Made by a program: the position numbers and the translations under genes
Origin: an uncultured bacterium
GTDB taxonomy: Bacteria; Fidelibacterota; Marinisomatia; Marinisomatales; TCS56
Direction: 5' to 3'
NCBI GenBank assembly: GCA_964439935.1
Contig: CAYTPW010000003.1
Span: 16,743-80,742 of the forward strand
Length of the DNA: 64,000 nt
Notes under the pieces: generated by a model
What the model was told of the DNA's origin: nothing
What the model saw: the letters and a program-made list of their open reading frames with translations, nothing else
The model's database searches: none
In this document: one piece after another, positions 1 through 9,492 of the stretch
Numbering within the stretch: position 1 is the first letter of the stretch
Layout of the letters: each line of letters begins with the position of its first letter

Positions 1-1056
1 AATGACAAAGTCATCCCATTCAAGTGACGATTCAGCCAGGATTTTCACAATATCTAAATCATCGTACATTATCGCCAGGTAAATTGCGGAAATACCGGTA
101 AGCCGCATAAATGAAGCTTTTTTTGTACAAATAGTCCCGGAGATTGATGTATTTACCAAATCAGGTTGATTGACCAGCCATTCAACAACCTCATTATATC
201 CTTTTGTAGATGCATACATCAGTGGCGAGTATTCACCTTTGATTTGAATAAGGAGCATTCCCGGATTTATTACATGATAGGTAGCATTGTAATCTGCTCC
301 GTTATCAAGCAGACTGAATATTATTTCCTTCCGTCCAAGATTCAATGCTGTGAAAAGCGGAGGTTCACCTGGTTCATCTTCACCGCCTATATTTGTAAGT
401 TTTGTCCGTGCATTGGCGTCATAGCCATTGTCCACCAATACCTTCAGCATTTCTCCGGGCGGTGCATTTAGTTGGTCAGAAGGATTGTAATACCAGTCAG
501 GAACGGTAAGACCATAGCCTTTTAACACGTTCCCATAATTTGTCATTGCCGCTTTGCGATCACTTTGCGATAATCCGTAACTTGCATAAACGCCAATCAG
601 GTTGGCATATACGCCCCCGGAAGTATTTTTGTCAGCACCCTTACTCAACAGCAATTCAGCAGCTTCAGCACAATTTGTCATTTGTACTATTTTAAACAGA
701 GGTGCTTCATTACCGCCTTTTTTATTTGGATCAGCACCATTATCCAGGAGCAATTTCATTACTTCCAATGATGCCACCGATGCAGCAGATACTAAAGCCG
801 GATAAATTCCTCCGTTAGGATCGCAATCCTGTTCCAATAGATATTTTGTTATATCCGCGGAAAAATAGGAATAAGCCAGCGCATTCTGTCCACTGGCTGA
901 ATTCGGCAAATTGACATCTGCCCCACCGTCAACAGCTTTTTTGACTCCTTCCAGGTCAAGTTGGAGACAGGCTGTAAATAAATCCTCCTGCGGTTGTGCA
1001 TACATCAAACCCTGAAGAGTGAATACAATCGCAATTGCCAGAATTGTTGTTTTCAT
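1..1056 (-). CDS. secreted ankyrin-repeat protein (C-terminus runs off the window edge)
   Basis: Absent from the ORF track because no stop lies in-window. My reverse-strand translation starts at the ATG (complement of 1054-1056), preceded by AAAGGGG 7 nt upstream. It gives MKTTILAIAIVFTLQGLMYAQPQEDL (signal peptide), then recurring ankyrin signatures AVDGGADVNL, LLDNGADPNK, LLSKGADKNT, LVDNGYDANA, LLDNGADYNA and SPLMYASTKGYNEVVEWL. The frame stays open for all 352 codons. The + ORFs 166..471 and 602..805 are its shadows. Confidence 0.8.
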   Translation of the reverse strand, partial: MKTTILAIAIVFTLQGLMYAQPQEDLFTACLQLDLEGVKKAVDGGADVNLPNSASGQNALAYSYFSADITKYLLEQDCDPNGGIYPALVSAASVASLEVMKLLLDNGADPNKKGGNEAPLFKIVQMTNCAEAAELLLSKGADKNTSGGVYANLIGVYASYGLSQSDRKAAMTNYGNVLKGYGLTVPDWYYNPSDQLNAPPGEMLKVLVDNGYDANARTKLTNIGGEDEPGEPPLFTALNLGRKEIIFSLLDNGADYNATYHVINPGMLLIQIKGEYSPLMYASTKGYNEVVEWLVNQPDLVNTSISGTICTKKASFMRLTGISAIYLAIMYDDLDIVKILAESSLEWDDFVI

Positions 1057-1253
1057 TTTTTCCCCTTTCTATTTATGCAATCATCCAAATTCAAGATCAG
1101 TGTATTGCTGGTGATGATTGTTATCCCGGAATAATCTCAGGACCCTTTTCCCACCCAACGGCCCGGATTATGTTTGATCACTTTTTGGAATTTAATGCTG
1201 ATGAGGACTGCTTTGAAAAGATTTTGACATTTCACTAAAATCTGATCAGGCGA

Positions 1254-1481
1254 TCAGGGATTAGCAGTGGTATTAAAGGTATGATCCGATTTGGTTATCA
1301 GACACATGATACTGGAATTATCCACCGCTGATATTTCTGACTTTAGTCCTTGTTCGCTACATAGTTGTTGAAATTGCTCGGCAGTTAATGAACTTGCGTG
1401 GAAGCCATCCTTACAGGCTATTGTGCCCGGTACTGTCTTCTGATAATCTATTTCACCTACCAAACCGCGAGCGGACTGCAA
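1254..1481 (-). CDS. hypothetical protein (possibly the 3' part of a frame-disrupted gene)
   Basis: 75-codon ORF with a TTG start and no clear RBS. No family recognised. A 33-codon ORF with a good RBS (1493..1594, minus strand) ends 11 nt upstream in another frame. Confidence 0.25.
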   Translation of the reverse strand: MQSARGLVGEIDYQKTVPGTIACKDGFHASSLTAEQFQQLCSEQGLKSEISAVDNSSIMCLITKSDHTFNTTANP

Positions 1482-1758
1482 TTCAAACTATTTCAATCTA
1501 TCAGTCCATATTTTATTGGAGTAGCTGGAAAATAGGATTTGATTCCTTCTTTTCTGATATATCTGGGCGCATTTTCTTGCTTTAGAGCTTTCATTTCCAA
1601 TCTCCAATTATGCATTTTATAATCGTTTAAAAATTATCTTAGCAAACCGGTTTTTGATTACAATTTTTTACAACTCCTTACATGACCATGACCATTATTA
1701 TTTAGATATCAGGTAATATCATTGTGGAAGTTTCATATGATCAAAAAGGAGTAATACA

Positions 1759-2211
1759 ATGAAAAGTATCAAAACACTGAGCAAGTGGATAATATTGATC
1801 ATAATGCTAGGATCAATTGGGCTGGCAAATTCGAACTACATTTCTACCAGTAAATCCGAAGCAACAAATGTCAAATTATCAACCATAAAAGGAGGACTTT
1901 CAACCTCGGTCACCAAGAATATATATCTTGAGAGTATTCCTCAACCGGTTGATGGATATCAGAGCCTGCATGATAAATGCACTTACCCCTGGGCCGCAAA
2001 AGTTCTGAGAAAAGAAGTAGAAATACTGATCTGGGTCTTAGTTGACGCAGAAGGTAATGTAGCTGATTATAAAATCATTCGTGGCGCAGAAAATACACTT
2101 TTCACCCAGGAAGTAATTTCAGTGGTTGAGTCTTCAAAATGGATCCCTGCCAGACGCGAAGGAGAACCGGTTGATGTTGGGCTATACATTCCATTTAAAT
2201 TTAAAATCTGA
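1759..2211 (+). CDS. TonB C-terminal-domain-like protein, N-terminally anchored
   Basis: RBS AAAGGAG upstream of the ATG. N-terminal hydrophobic segment WIILIIMLGSIGLA. The C-terminal approx 80 aa (YPWAAKVLRKEVEILIWVLVDAEGNVADYKIIRG...WIPARREGEPVDVGLYIPFKF) matches the TonB_C / energy-transducer fold pattern. Confidence 0.6.
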   Translation: MKSIKTLSKWIILIIMLGSIGLANSNYISTSKSEATNVKLSTIKGGLSTSVTKNIYLESIPQPVDGYQSLHDKCTYPWAAKVLRKEVEILIWVLVDAEGNVADYKIIRGAENTLFTQEVISVVESSKWIPARREGEPVDVGLYIPFKFKI

Positions 2212-2297
2212 ATAGTTAATTGGACTTAAATGGCAATCTGATTGCTTATCATCCAATAAGGTACTATTTTTAGTAGCATTCTGTCAGGAATTACGAT

Positions 2298-3872
2298 TTG
2301 CATCGCAAACATATCATAATCATCCTATTTGCGCTAATTCTCTTGCCGGCGCTATTCTACACTGCTTATGAATTCAATGTTCTTTCCGAAAATGAAGAAT
2401 TGATCAAGGGGATTTATGAGCAGCAGCTGAATGGTCTATTATTTTCAGTGAACCAATATGCCTGGGATGTGGTTCAAAACTGGACTGTTTCGTTAAACCG
2501 GATCGGTTCACTTCCTGCAGCTGATCAAGCACCTGCATTTTCGGATTTTCTTAATAACAACAGTTCCATTCGATCATTGTTTTTCACTGATACGTCGTTT
2601 ATAGAATTGCACCAGCAGCAGATTCCGGGCAGGGCGGAAATACCCGATGAGAAGCTGATAACATTCTTGAAATCACAACCAGCATTGGTCAGCCAACTAA
2701 TAAAAAAGTATCAAAGCGGTTATACTAAAATAGAGCCTGTCTATCGAATGGATGAAGCAGGTCTTGCTGAGTCAGCGATCCTCCTGGCATTTATCAATAA
2801 AACAGCGGTGGGGGAATTACAGATTGGCGGAATAGTCCTGGATATTGATATTTTTATCAATACTATCATCGGACCGAAGATCTACGGCTCGGTCGGGAAC
2901 GAATTTATCATAGCTATTTTCACTGATGAACTGGTAGATCCGGTTTTCTCCAGCGCAGAGTCTGTTACTCCGGAGATGGCAATCGCTAAGAATCTATGGT
3001 TATTCCCTGATCACCGGATTGGTATCAGATTAAAGGGCACCAGTATCGAATCCCTGGCACGCCAACGCTATTTACGAAGTGCAATTCTTATCATTGGGTT
3101 GGATTTAATACTGATATTTGCAGTCTTTTTCCTATATCGAAATATTCGTAAGGCAGTCGAGTTAGCCCGTCTCAAAACCGATTTTGTTTCCAACGTATCG
3201 CACGAACTCCGGACACCATTAGCATTAATACGCATGTTTGCCGAAACTTTGGAATTGCAACGGGTCAAGACCCAGGAAAAAGCACAGGAATATGTAAAAA
3301 TTATTCGTCAGGAGACCGAGCGTTTATCCCAGATAATTAACAGGATCCTTGACTTTTCGCAAATTGAGGCGAAAAAGAAGCAGTTTATTTACAAACCAGT
3401 GGATTTAAACCAACTGGTAACAGGTACACTTGATTTCTACAAATTTCATATAGAGAATAATGGTTTTGACTTAAAGATTGATCTGTCCGATGAAACACTG
3501 ATGATCAGGGTAGATTACGAATCAATTGTGGAAGTGGTCATTAATCTCCTGGACAATGCAATCAAGTACAGTGATGCAGTTAAAGAAATCACTATCACAA
3601 CCGGTCTTGATGATAATATTGTGTTTATGGAAATTGCTGATAAAGGTATTGGTATTTCCGAAAAAGATCAGACTAAAATATTTAACAAATTTTATCGTAT
3701 CCGGGAAGATCGCACCTATAACAGGACGGGCAGCGGGCTTGGTTTAACATTGGTTCATTACATAATGAAAGCCCATCAAGGCAATGTAACGGTATCAAGC
3801 CGACCTAATGCCGGTAGCCAATTCAGGATGAATTTTCCAGTTATGATTTTAGAAGAGACGGAGGAGCAATGA
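2298..3872 (+). CDS. sensor histidine kinase with approx 235-aa extracytoplasmic domain between two TM helices
   Basis: H-box FVSNVSHELRTPL, N-box LLDNAIKYS, G1 DKGIGI, F-box FNKFYR and G2 GSGLGLTLV. TM helices lie near aa 6-24 and 262-281. TTG start. 4-nt overlap with the downstream regulator. Confidence 0.9.
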   Translation: MHRKHIIIILFALILLPALFYTAYEFNVLSENEELIKGIYEQQLNGLLFSVNQYAWDVVQNWTVSLNRIGSLPAADQAPAFSDFLNNNSSIRSLFFTDTSFIELHQQQIPGRAEIPDEKLITFLKSQPALVSQLIKKYQSGYTKIEPVYRMDEAGLAESAILLAFINKTAVGELQIGGIVLDIDIFINTIIGPKIYGSVGNEFIIAIFTDELVDPVFSSAESVTPEMAIAKNLWLFPDHRIGIRLKGTSIESLARQRYLRSAILIIGLDLILIFAVFFLYRNIRKAVELARLKTDFVSNVSHELRTPLALIRMFAETLELQRVKTQEKAQEYVKIIRQETERLSQIINRILDFSQIEAKKKQFIYKPVDLNQLVTGTLDFYKFHIENNGFDLKIDLSDETLMIRVDYESIVEVVINLLDNAIKYSDAVKEITITTGLDDNIVFMEIADKGIGISEKDQTKIFNKFYRIREDRTYNRTGSGLGLTLVHYIMKAHQGNVTVSSRPNAGSQFRMNFPVMILEETEEQ

Positions 3873-4552
3873 AACAAATCCTGGTCGTTGAAGATGAAGC
3901 GCCAATGCGGCTTGGTTTGATTGACAATCTGGAATTCGAAGGTTATCATGTGACTGGGGCTGCCGATGGACAAGAGGCTTATGATTTGATCCAGAAAAAT
4001 CAGTACGATTTAATCCTGCTGGATATTATGCTGCCAAAATTATCAGGATTTGATCTATGTAAAAAAATTCGCTCGGAGGGTATAACCACACCGATCATAA
4101 TGCTCACGGCAAAAGGGGAGGAAATCGACCGGGTTCTCGGCCTGGAATTGGGGGCGGATGATTACATTACCAAACCATTCAGTCTGCGGGAGTTAATTGC
4201 ACGCGTCAAGGCTGTGCTGCGCAGGTCTACCGATTCAGAGCCACATTTTTCCGGTCCGGTAGAGATCGGGCGGTTATCGATTGATTTTCAAACCTATAAT
4301 GCTCATTCAGGTAATGAAAAAGTATCCCTGTCATATAAAGAATTTGAAATTCTCAAATGTTTGTGGAAACATCGCAATGCTACCGTTAGCCGTGACCAGC
4401 TGTTAAACGAGGTCTGGGGTTATGCTGAAATAATCACAACACGGACAATTGATAATTTTATTCTGAAATTGAGACAAAAACTGGAAGAAAATCCCAAAAA
4501 ACCGATTCATATCCTCACCGTTCATGGTATCGGATATAAACTGGTAGCATAG
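3869..4552 (+). CDS. OmpR/PhoB-family response regulator
   Basis: Receiver motifs ILVVEDE, LILLDIMLP and TAKG...ADDYITKPF. Winged-helix C-terminus LSYKEFEILKCL...TRTIDNFILKLRQKLE...VHGIGYKL. Confidence 0.93.
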   Translation: MKQILVVEDEAPMRLGLIDNLEFEGYHVTGAADGQEAYDLIQKNQYDLILLDIMLPKLSGFDLCKKIRSEGITTPIIMLTAKGEEIDRVLGLELGADDYITKPFSLRELIARVKAVLRRSTDSEPHFSGPVEIGRLSIDFQTYNAHSGNEKVSLSYKEFEILKCLWKHRNATVSRDQLLNEVWGYAEIITTRTIDNFILKLRQKLEENPKKPIHILTVHGIGYKLVA

Positions 4553-4591
4553 ATCTTAATTAAAGATGATGACCTGTGAATAAAGAATAAT

Positions 4592-5755
4592 ATGATGAGA
4601 AATAGACTTATTGCATTGATGGTGATATTTGGTTTGTTTTGTCCAGAGAATGTAGCATCAGCGCCGAGAGCTAAGGCTGATAAATCTCAGTCATTTCGCC
4701 CCGGGAACCGCGATCTTATGTTTTATGCCGGAAATGGAGCATATCCCAATTATAATTTCGATCGAATTGTCGATCTGCGCGGTATTTGGAAATTCGAGAC
4801 GGGCGATGAAGAAGAATGGGCTGTACCGGAATTCGATGATAAACGGTGGGCTGATATTTATGTGCCTTCCGCCTGGGAAGATGAGGGATTTCCTGGTTAC
4901 GATGGTTATGCCTGGTATCGAAAGGAATTTGAACTAAATTCAGATCTCAATGGCCAAACTGTCTATCTGTATATTGGTTATATCGATGATGTTGATGAAG
5001 TCTATATCAATGGTCACCTGGTCGGATTAACCGGTCATTTCCCTCCCAAAACGGTGGAAAGAGATTATGTTTTACGCCGCTATTTGATACCCCGTGATTA
5101 TTTGAATTTCAGCGGTGAGAATCTGATTGCAGTCAGAGTTTATGATAGTCGTCTGGCCGGCGGAATTATAAAAGGTAAACCAGGATTGTACGTAATTAAA
5201 GATGAAGTTATTCCTGATCGTGACTTACGAGGTCTTTGGAAATTCAAAAAGGGCGACCGCTTGCGATGGTCTGATCCGAAATATAATGATCGATCCTGGG
5301 ATGAGATCCAGGTACCGGCAGTCTGGGAGACTCAGGGCTATATAAGACTTGACGGTTTTGCCTGGTACCGTAAACATATTTCTATCGATGCAACTTTGGC
5401 ATCAGACCGCCTGATCTTAATGTTGGGACGAATTGATGATTACGATCAAGTATATTTCAATGGTCATGTAATAGGTGGTAGTCGTCAGATTAAAAATCCT
5501 GGAATTCGTCCACTGGCCGGTGATGAGTGGGTTCGACTTAGAGCGTATTATATTCCGGTCGAGTATATCGAAATGTCAGGCGATAACGTTATAGCGGTAC
5601 GGGTGTATGACGGCCTAGAAAAAGGTGGAATTTATGACGGACCGGTCGGTCTGTTCACTCAAAGTAGTTTTAAGAGCGTGCAGCATCACATTCAAGATCA
5701 AGATAAAAAAGAATTTTGGGAAATTGTAACAGATATTCTTCATTATCTGTTTTAG
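4592..5755 (+). CDS. secreted protein made of two tandem GH2-N-type (galactose-binding-like jelly-roll) domains, no catalytic barrel
   Basis: Signal peptide. The motif block W..I.VP..WE..G....DG.AWYRK appears twice, each followed by a YINGH/YFNGH and IAVRVYD block, as in the sugar-binding N-domain of family-2 glycosidases. No TIM-barrel part is present. Confidence 0.65.
   Translation: MMRNRLIALMVIFGLFCPENVASAPRAKADKSQSFRPGNRDLMFYAGNGAYPNYNFDRIVDLRGIWKFETGDEEEWAVPEFDDKRWADIYVPSAWEDEGFPGYDGYAWYRKEFELNSDLNGQTVYLYIGYIDDVDEVYINGHLVGLTGHFPPKTVERDYVLRRYLIPRDYLNFSGENLIAVRVYDSRLAGGIIKGKPGLYVIKDEVIPDRDLRGLWKFKKGDRLRWSDPKYNDRSWDEIQVPAVWETQGYIRLDGFAWYRKHISIDATLASDRLILMLGRIDDYDQVYFNGHVIGGSRQIKNPGIRPLAGDEWVRLRAYYIPVEYIEMSGDNVIAVRVYDGLEKGGIYDGPVGLFTQSSFKSVQHHIQDQDKKEFWEIVTDILHYLF
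4772..5194 (+). repeat. internal protein-level repeat 1 of the GH2-N-like domain (aa 61-201)
   Basis: DLRGIWKFETGDEEEW...WADIYVPSAWEDEGFPGYDGYAWYRKEF...VYINGHLVG...NLIAVRVYDSRLAGGI aligns by eye to repeat 2. Confidence 0.7.
5222..5656 (+). repeat. internal protein-level repeat 2 of the GH2-N-like domain (aa 211-355)
   Basis: DLRGLWKFKKGDRLRW...WDEIQVPAVWETQGYIRLDGFAWYRKHI...VYFNGHVIG...NVIAVRVYDGLEKGGI. Confidence 0.7.
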
Positions 5756-5914
5756 GCTGCAAAGGATGGTTAAGATCCATTCTTTTGCTAATTTATACTA
5801 TGTAAGCTGTCATGCAAAGCTAACATAAGCTCTGCCGTACTTGTTTTAGCTTAGAATAATATTTAATGACTTATTGATTATTAAAGATGGTGTTCAGAAG
5901 GGTAGCTGGAAATT

Positions 5915-5979
5915 CGAAAAATAATTAAAAATCAATCTCAGGGCAAGGCTGGTATTAATTAATCGCTCTACCCTGAGAT
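5915..5979 (-). terminator. candidate rho-independent terminator for the minus-strand gene 5991..6371
   Basis: 9-bp stem: ATCTCAGGG (5935-5943) pairs with CCCTGAGAT (5971-5979). On the minus strand it is followed by the T-rich run TGATTTTTAATTATTTTT. The 27-nt loop is unusually large. Confidence 0.35.
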
Positions 5980-5990
5980 GCATCGACCAT

Positions 5991-6371
5991 TCAAATGCCG
6001 GCGACCAGGTTTGACCAGAATTCCGGTCCGTCAGAAATATTCGGTGTACTGAGTTCGCTGGCTAGCTTCGGCTGGGCATAGCTGATCAATACCAGGTTGG
6101 CCTTGTAGCGGATTTCGGGGTTGCAACCTTTTTTGGCCAACCGTTTAATCTCCCTGGTAATCTGATTAAAATCGTGATCAGGGAATTTGGCTTTCAACCG
6201 GATTGAACAATACAGTAACGATTCAGTCATAGATGACAATTCACAGGTGCGCAATTGCCGTGCGTACAGCTTTTCAACATCAGCCAGTGTTTGTTTTGAC
6301 GTCAATGTTTCGGATTTTCCAAACACAAGACCGGTGAGGATGATGGTTGTCAGAATTAGTATTTGTTTCAT
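5991..6371 (-). CDS. hypothetical secreted protein
   Basis: 126-aa ORF with signal peptide MKQILILTTIILTGLVFG. No family recognised. Confidence 0.5.
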   Translation of the reverse strand: MKQILILTTIILTGLVFGKSETLTSKQTLADVEKLYARQLRTCELSSMTESLLYCSIRLKAKFPDHDFNQITREIKRLAKKGCNPEIRYKANLVLISYAQPKLASELSTPNISDGPEFWSNLVAGI

Positions 6372-6573
6372 GATTATTTCCTTTCTGTTGCTTATTAATT
6401 ATGACAGCCAGCAATTATTACGGATGTCCGTCGTGACAATCGATGACATCTTTTTACAAATCAGTACATTAGATGCTTCCTTTATATACTTCAGGTTGCA
6501 GCAAGTCTCTGTGATTATCGAGTTAAATTTGTCGTGCTGATAAAAGGAGGGCGGTGCTTGACTAACGCTAAAA

Positions 6574-7191
6574 CTAAATCCGGATTTCCAGTGGTGGATT
6601 ATTGCGTTGCAAATGGGATTTTTTTGGATCAAGATCCCGACGATAATATTCGAATGTCTGGTTGGTACCATTCCAATTATCGATCCGGTTGATAATTTTT
6701 ACATCGCCGGTAAAGCGTGAGGATATGCCCACTCTGACATGACCGGTAATATAACGGATTGCCGAGCGCTTTTTAGCCCAACTCAGGTAAACCCGCTTTA
6801 ACATTTTAGCATAACCATTGGATTTGTAATGTTTTAAAATAACAAAAGCGTAGGTGTATAATGTATTGTGCTTACCGAAATTCTTATCGACCCGGGCCCA
6901 TGGTTCCGAGCTCAATTCCTCCAGCGGTATCCCAATGATATAGCCGATTAATTCTCCACGGTAACGAGCGATAAATGGTAATGAACTGGATTTGTTAAAA
7001 TATTTGTGAATCGTATTTTTGGTCAGGATGGCCGACTGTCCGTAATCTTCTGCCAAATGGCGGGAGATGGCAATTAAGGCATCGTAATCTTCCTCGCCGA
7101 CATGCTCGATCAATTCAATCCGGAAAACACCGGATGTAGCGATGACCCTTGATTTCGAACCTGATGATATATCGAATTCCAGCTGTTCCAT
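6574..7191 (-). CDS. GNAT-like N-acetyltransferase (tentative)
   Basis: 205-aa ORF. The central segment LIGYIIGIPL...YTYAFVILKHYKSNGYAKMLKRVYLSWAKK resembles GNAT beta4-alpha3 (motif A). Confidence 0.45.
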   Translation of the reverse strand: MEQLEFDISSGSKSRVIATSGVFRIELIEHVGEEDYDALIAISRHLAEDYGQSAILTKNTIHKYFNKSSSLPFIARYRGELIGYIIGIPLEELSSEPWARVDKNFGKHNTLYTYAFVILKHYKSNGYAKMLKRVYLSWAKKRSAIRYITGHVRVGISSRFTGDVKIINRIDNWNGTNQTFEYYRRDLDPKKSHLQRNNPPLEIRI

Positions 7192-7410
7192 GACCGGCTT
7201 AATTTAGCATACCGGACTTATGATTGCACATACCGACAAACAAGAAATATTCAGGTATTTATATTCTCAGTAGCCCTGAGCATTGAATTCAAAATTTTAA
7301 ATCAGTATGCAGATTCATATCGTCAATCTGATTATTGTTACAATGAACACTGCTAGAATGATGTTTAGTTCATTGTTTCAACTATTAATACAAAGCTAAA
7401 TTTCCGGCCG

Positions 7411-8217
7411 ATGGAATCGTTCAATTCACAACTCCGGCAACGCGTTACCACTGTAAAATCGCATTTATGTGTTGGATTGGATATCAGCCCGGAAAAATTC
7501 CAATCACAAGCTCCAGCATTATCGGAGTTGGTGGAATATTCCTTCAAGGTGATTGATGCGACCAGGGATCTGGCGGCGGCTTATAAGCCTAACCTGGCCT
7601 TTTTTGAGCGTTGGGGTGCAGCCGGATTCGAATGGCTGGAGCAGGTGCTGGCAAAAATTGGCACCGGTCCACTATTGATCGGCGATGCCAAGCGCGGTGA
7701 TATCGGGAATACTGCCAATCAATACGCCCACAGTCTCTTCGATCATTTTGGATTTGATGCAGTGACGGTTAATCCCTACATGGGGCGGGACGCGATTGAA
7801 CCATTCTTAAAACGCCCTGAAAAAGGTGCATTTATTCTATGTCGAACTTCAAATCCATCGGCGGTTGATTTACAGAATTTACGGTCGAATGGAAAAACGC
7901 TATACGAACAGGTAGCGAAATTGGCGATTGAATTGAATAAAAATAATAATGTCGGTCTGGTGGTTGGAGCAACCGCTACTCCGGAGATCGATATTATTCG
8001 TACGATAGCCCCTGATCTACCATTTCTGATTCCAGGTATCGGCGCTCAGGGCGGCGACCTGGAAGCCAGTTTCACCAGCGGTAACCGGGAGGGGATTGCG
8101 ATAATTAACGTATCGCGGGGTATCAGTTTTGCCGGTGATTGCAGCGCTGAGGCCATCCGTTCAGAAGCAGAGAATTATGTTAATCGTATGCGCGATTATT
8201 CTAAAAAGCTAAACTAA
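7411..8217 (+). CDS. pyrF: orotidine 5'-phosphate decarboxylase (type 2)
   Basis: LCVGLDISPE, AAYKPNLAFFERWG, LLIGDAKRGDIGNTA, VTVNPYMG and FILCRTSNPSA are hallmark PyrF type-2 blocks. Confidence 0.9.
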   Translation: MESFNSQLRQRVTTVKSHLCVGLDISPEKFQSQAPALSELVEYSFKVIDATRDLAAAYKPNLAFFERWGAAGFEWLEQVLAKIGTGPLLIGDAKRGDIGNTANQYAHSLFDHFGFDAVTVNPYMGRDAIEPFLKRPEKGAFILCRTSNPSAVDLQNLRSNGKTLYEQVAKLAIELNKNNNVGLVVGATATPEIDIIRTIAPDLPFLIPGIGAQGGDLEASFTSGNREGIAIINVSRGISFAGDCSAEAIRSEAENYVNRMRDYSKKLN

Positions 8218-8235
8218 CCAAACAAACCCGGGATT

Positions 8236-8808
8236 ATGAATCAAACAGAACTATTAGATATTTTTAAGAAAACAGGAGCACTTTTGGAAGGGCATTTTAT
8301 TTTAACTTCCGGTCGGCGCAGTGCCCGCTATTTTCAGTGTGCCAAAGTGCTTCAGTACCCCGAACACCTGACCAGCCTGTCGACCGCAATCACGCGTCAT
8401 TTTCGCGATACAGCAGTGGATACTGTCATTTCACCGGCTATTGGCGGAGTCGTTGTCGGTACTGAAGTGGGTCGCCAGATGAATGTTCGTACTATTTTTG
8501 CCGAGCGTCAGGATGGTAAAATGACCCTGCGTCGTGGATTTGAATTGCAGCCTGGAGAGAAAGTATTATTAGTCGAAGATGTGATCACCACCGGCGGATC
8601 GGTCAAGGAAGTGATCGATGTTGTTAATTCCTTTGGAGCGATTGTGACCGGCGTCGGTGTGATAGTTGACCGGAGCAACGGACAGGTTAAACTGCACGAA
8701 AATCAGTATGCAGTCTTATCGATGGAATCTGTCAGCTATGCTGCCAATGAAATCCCTCCGGAACTGGCCCGGATTCCGGCGGTTAAACCAGGCAGTCGCA
8801 ACTTATAA
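8236..8808 (+). CDS. pyrE: orotate phosphoribosyltransferase
   Basis: [17 protein letters not shown] and the PRPP-binding loop [16 protein letters not shown]. Adjacent to pyrF. Confidence 0.92.
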   Translation: MNQTELLDIFKKTGALLEGHFILTSGRRSARYFQCAKVLQYPEHLTSLSTAITRHFRDTAVDTVISPAIGGVVVGTEVGRQMNVRTIFAERQDGKMTLRRGFELQPGEKVLLVEDVITTGGSVKEVIDVVNSFGAIVTGVGVIVDRSNGQVKLHENQYAVLSMESVSYAANEIPPELARIPAVKPGSRNL

Positions 8809-8831
8809 TGAACGCCCAGTAAAGGAAAAAT

Positions 8832-9437
8832 ATGAAATACGGAATCATTTTCTTCAGTTTATTTATTCTGATTGGCTGCGGCCCGGGAGAGGAAGTTGCC
8901 GTTATATCCACCCAGCACGGTGATATCGTCATCGCCTTTTTCCCCGATACGGCTCCAAAACATGTTGAGAGCTTTATGCTGCATGCCAGGGAAGGTTATT
9001 TCGATGGCACTACTTTCCACCGGATTATTCCCGGTTTTGTTATCCAGGGAGGCGATCCCCACAGCCGGGATAAGAATAAAATGAATGATGGAAGTGGCGG
9101 GCATGCGGCTCGCTTCTATGGAGTGGGCACTGAAGCCGACACAAATAGTTGGATGTTACCGTCAGAGTTCAGTGATCTTCCACATACCAAAGGTGCCTTA
9201 TCAATGGCCCGTGCTCAAGATCCTAACTCGGCTGGCAGTCAGTTTTTTATCTGTGTGGCCGATGTCCGACGTCTTGATAATAAATATACCGTTTTTGGCG
9301 AGGTGATTCAAGGCCTGGACGTGGTTGATAAAATTGTTAACTCCAAACGCGATGCTCGTGATAATCCAATAGGAAAAGTGACAATGACTGTAAAACTGGT
9401 TCCACGGAAAACGCTTGCGGTTGATCAGCAAGGTTAG
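8832..9437 (+). CDS. cyclophilin-type peptidyl-prolyl isomerase, lipoprotein
   Basis: Lipobox FILIGC. FHRIIPGFVIQGGDP, ALSMARAQDPNSAGSQFFI and YTVFGEVIQGLDVVDKI. Confidence 0.9.
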   Translation: MKYGIIFFSLFILIGCGPGEEVAVISTQHGDIVIAFFPDTAPKHVESFMLHAREGYFDGTTFHRIIPGFVIQGGDPHSRDKNKMNDGSGGHAARFYGVGTEADTNSWMLPSEFSDLPHTKGALSMARAQDPNSAGSQFFICVADVRRLDNKYTVFGEVIQGLDVVDKIVNSKRDARDNPIGKVTMTVKLVPRKTLAVDQQG

Positions 9438-9492
9438 CTTGAGTTGTATTTAATTTCTATTATTAATTTGATTTTTTGGCGGGCGGAATAAA

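Noticed and set aside
166-805. Plus-strand ORFs 166..471 and 602..805
   Set aside because: They lie antisense to the 352-codon ankyrin-repeat frame, which has a signal peptide, an RBS and repeat motifs. The plus-strand translations are Cys/Phe/Ile-rich nonsense.
6187-6671. ORFs 6187..6540 (+) and 6399..6671 (-) around the 6372-6573 spacer
   Set aside because: They overlap the better-supported minus-strand genes 5991..6371 and 6574..7191. They lack RBS and motifs, and their translations are compositionally odd.
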